This document shows positions 63,701 to 64,000 of a stretch of 64,000 nt of DNA, piece by piece. Each line of letters starts with the position of its first letter. Within the stretch, counting starts at the first letter, position 1. The stretch comes from Nageia nagi (Eukaryota > Plantae > Pinophyta). The stretch covers positions 26,970,001 to 27,034,000 of the forward strand of contig JBITNC010000002.1 in NCBI GenBank assembly GCA_050084985.1, read 5' to 3'. The notes below the pieces were generated by a model, which searched no databases, had not been told where the DNA came from, and worked only from the letters and a program-made list of their open reading frames with translations. The translations under genes and the position numbers were made by a program.

Positions 63701-64000
63701 TTCAACTTTTTTCATAAGCCATGTTGTTGTAGGTACTTCTTTTCTTCCGTCTTGATAGTAAGTTATCCATAAAGATTTCATTTTTGGAATATCCTTTAAC
63801 TCATTTCTCATGGCATTAGTATCTACTTCTTTGCTTGTTATATATTAATACAAAGAAGATGCAATATTCTTTACAATATGCATAAGATCCATTAAATATG
63901 TCACTAGCAACTCCTTCCAATATTCTAGTGTGTAAAATATTGATAATTTGTTCATGCCTAAAAACATGTAACCAATTTGTAATAAACATTACATATTTTC
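60704..64000 (-). mobile_element. CACTA (En/Spm) DNA transposon end with decayed Tnp2/TnpD transposase
   Basis: Terminus CACTACTACCAAAA at 60704 with subterminal TTGCATC/GATGCAA repeats. Minus strand reads SIFYTLEYWKELLVTYLMDLMHIVKNI, FKTHDYH and LPPTFMDIQVHLLIHL..LKSFVRQ..EGSM..GY (DUF4218-like). Runs off the window. Confidence 0.88.

Overview
AT-rich, CpG-depleted, TE-dense plant nuclear DNA. The repeat and gene style suggests a gymnosperm, but that is inference only. One gene looks intact: a 3-exon TRICHOME BIREFRINGENCE-LIKE O-acetyltransferase (minus strand, 12399-20506, ~468 aa, TBL23-26/mannan O-acetyltransferase-like). Host-gene relics are a PLS-class PPR pseudogene, a multi-exon alpha-dioxygenase pseudogene and a 5'-truncated UGT fragment. 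The rest is nested TEs: a Ty3/gypsy remnant, a putative tRNA-derived SINE, a non-autonomous copia-like element with a gag N-terminus fused to an acidic ORF, three L1-type LINE relics, an RTEX-like LINE, two related Ty1/copia elements with TSDs, two related solo LTRs, a fold-back MITE and the end of a CACTA transposon. The most notable observation is that the two sister copia elements carry different host-gene fragments at the same position of their long 5' leader: a complete DFR/ANR-like exon in one and a mosaic of PPR pieces in the other. This suggests a variable cargo slot, possibly inside a leader intron. All comparisons were made by eye; no searches were run.
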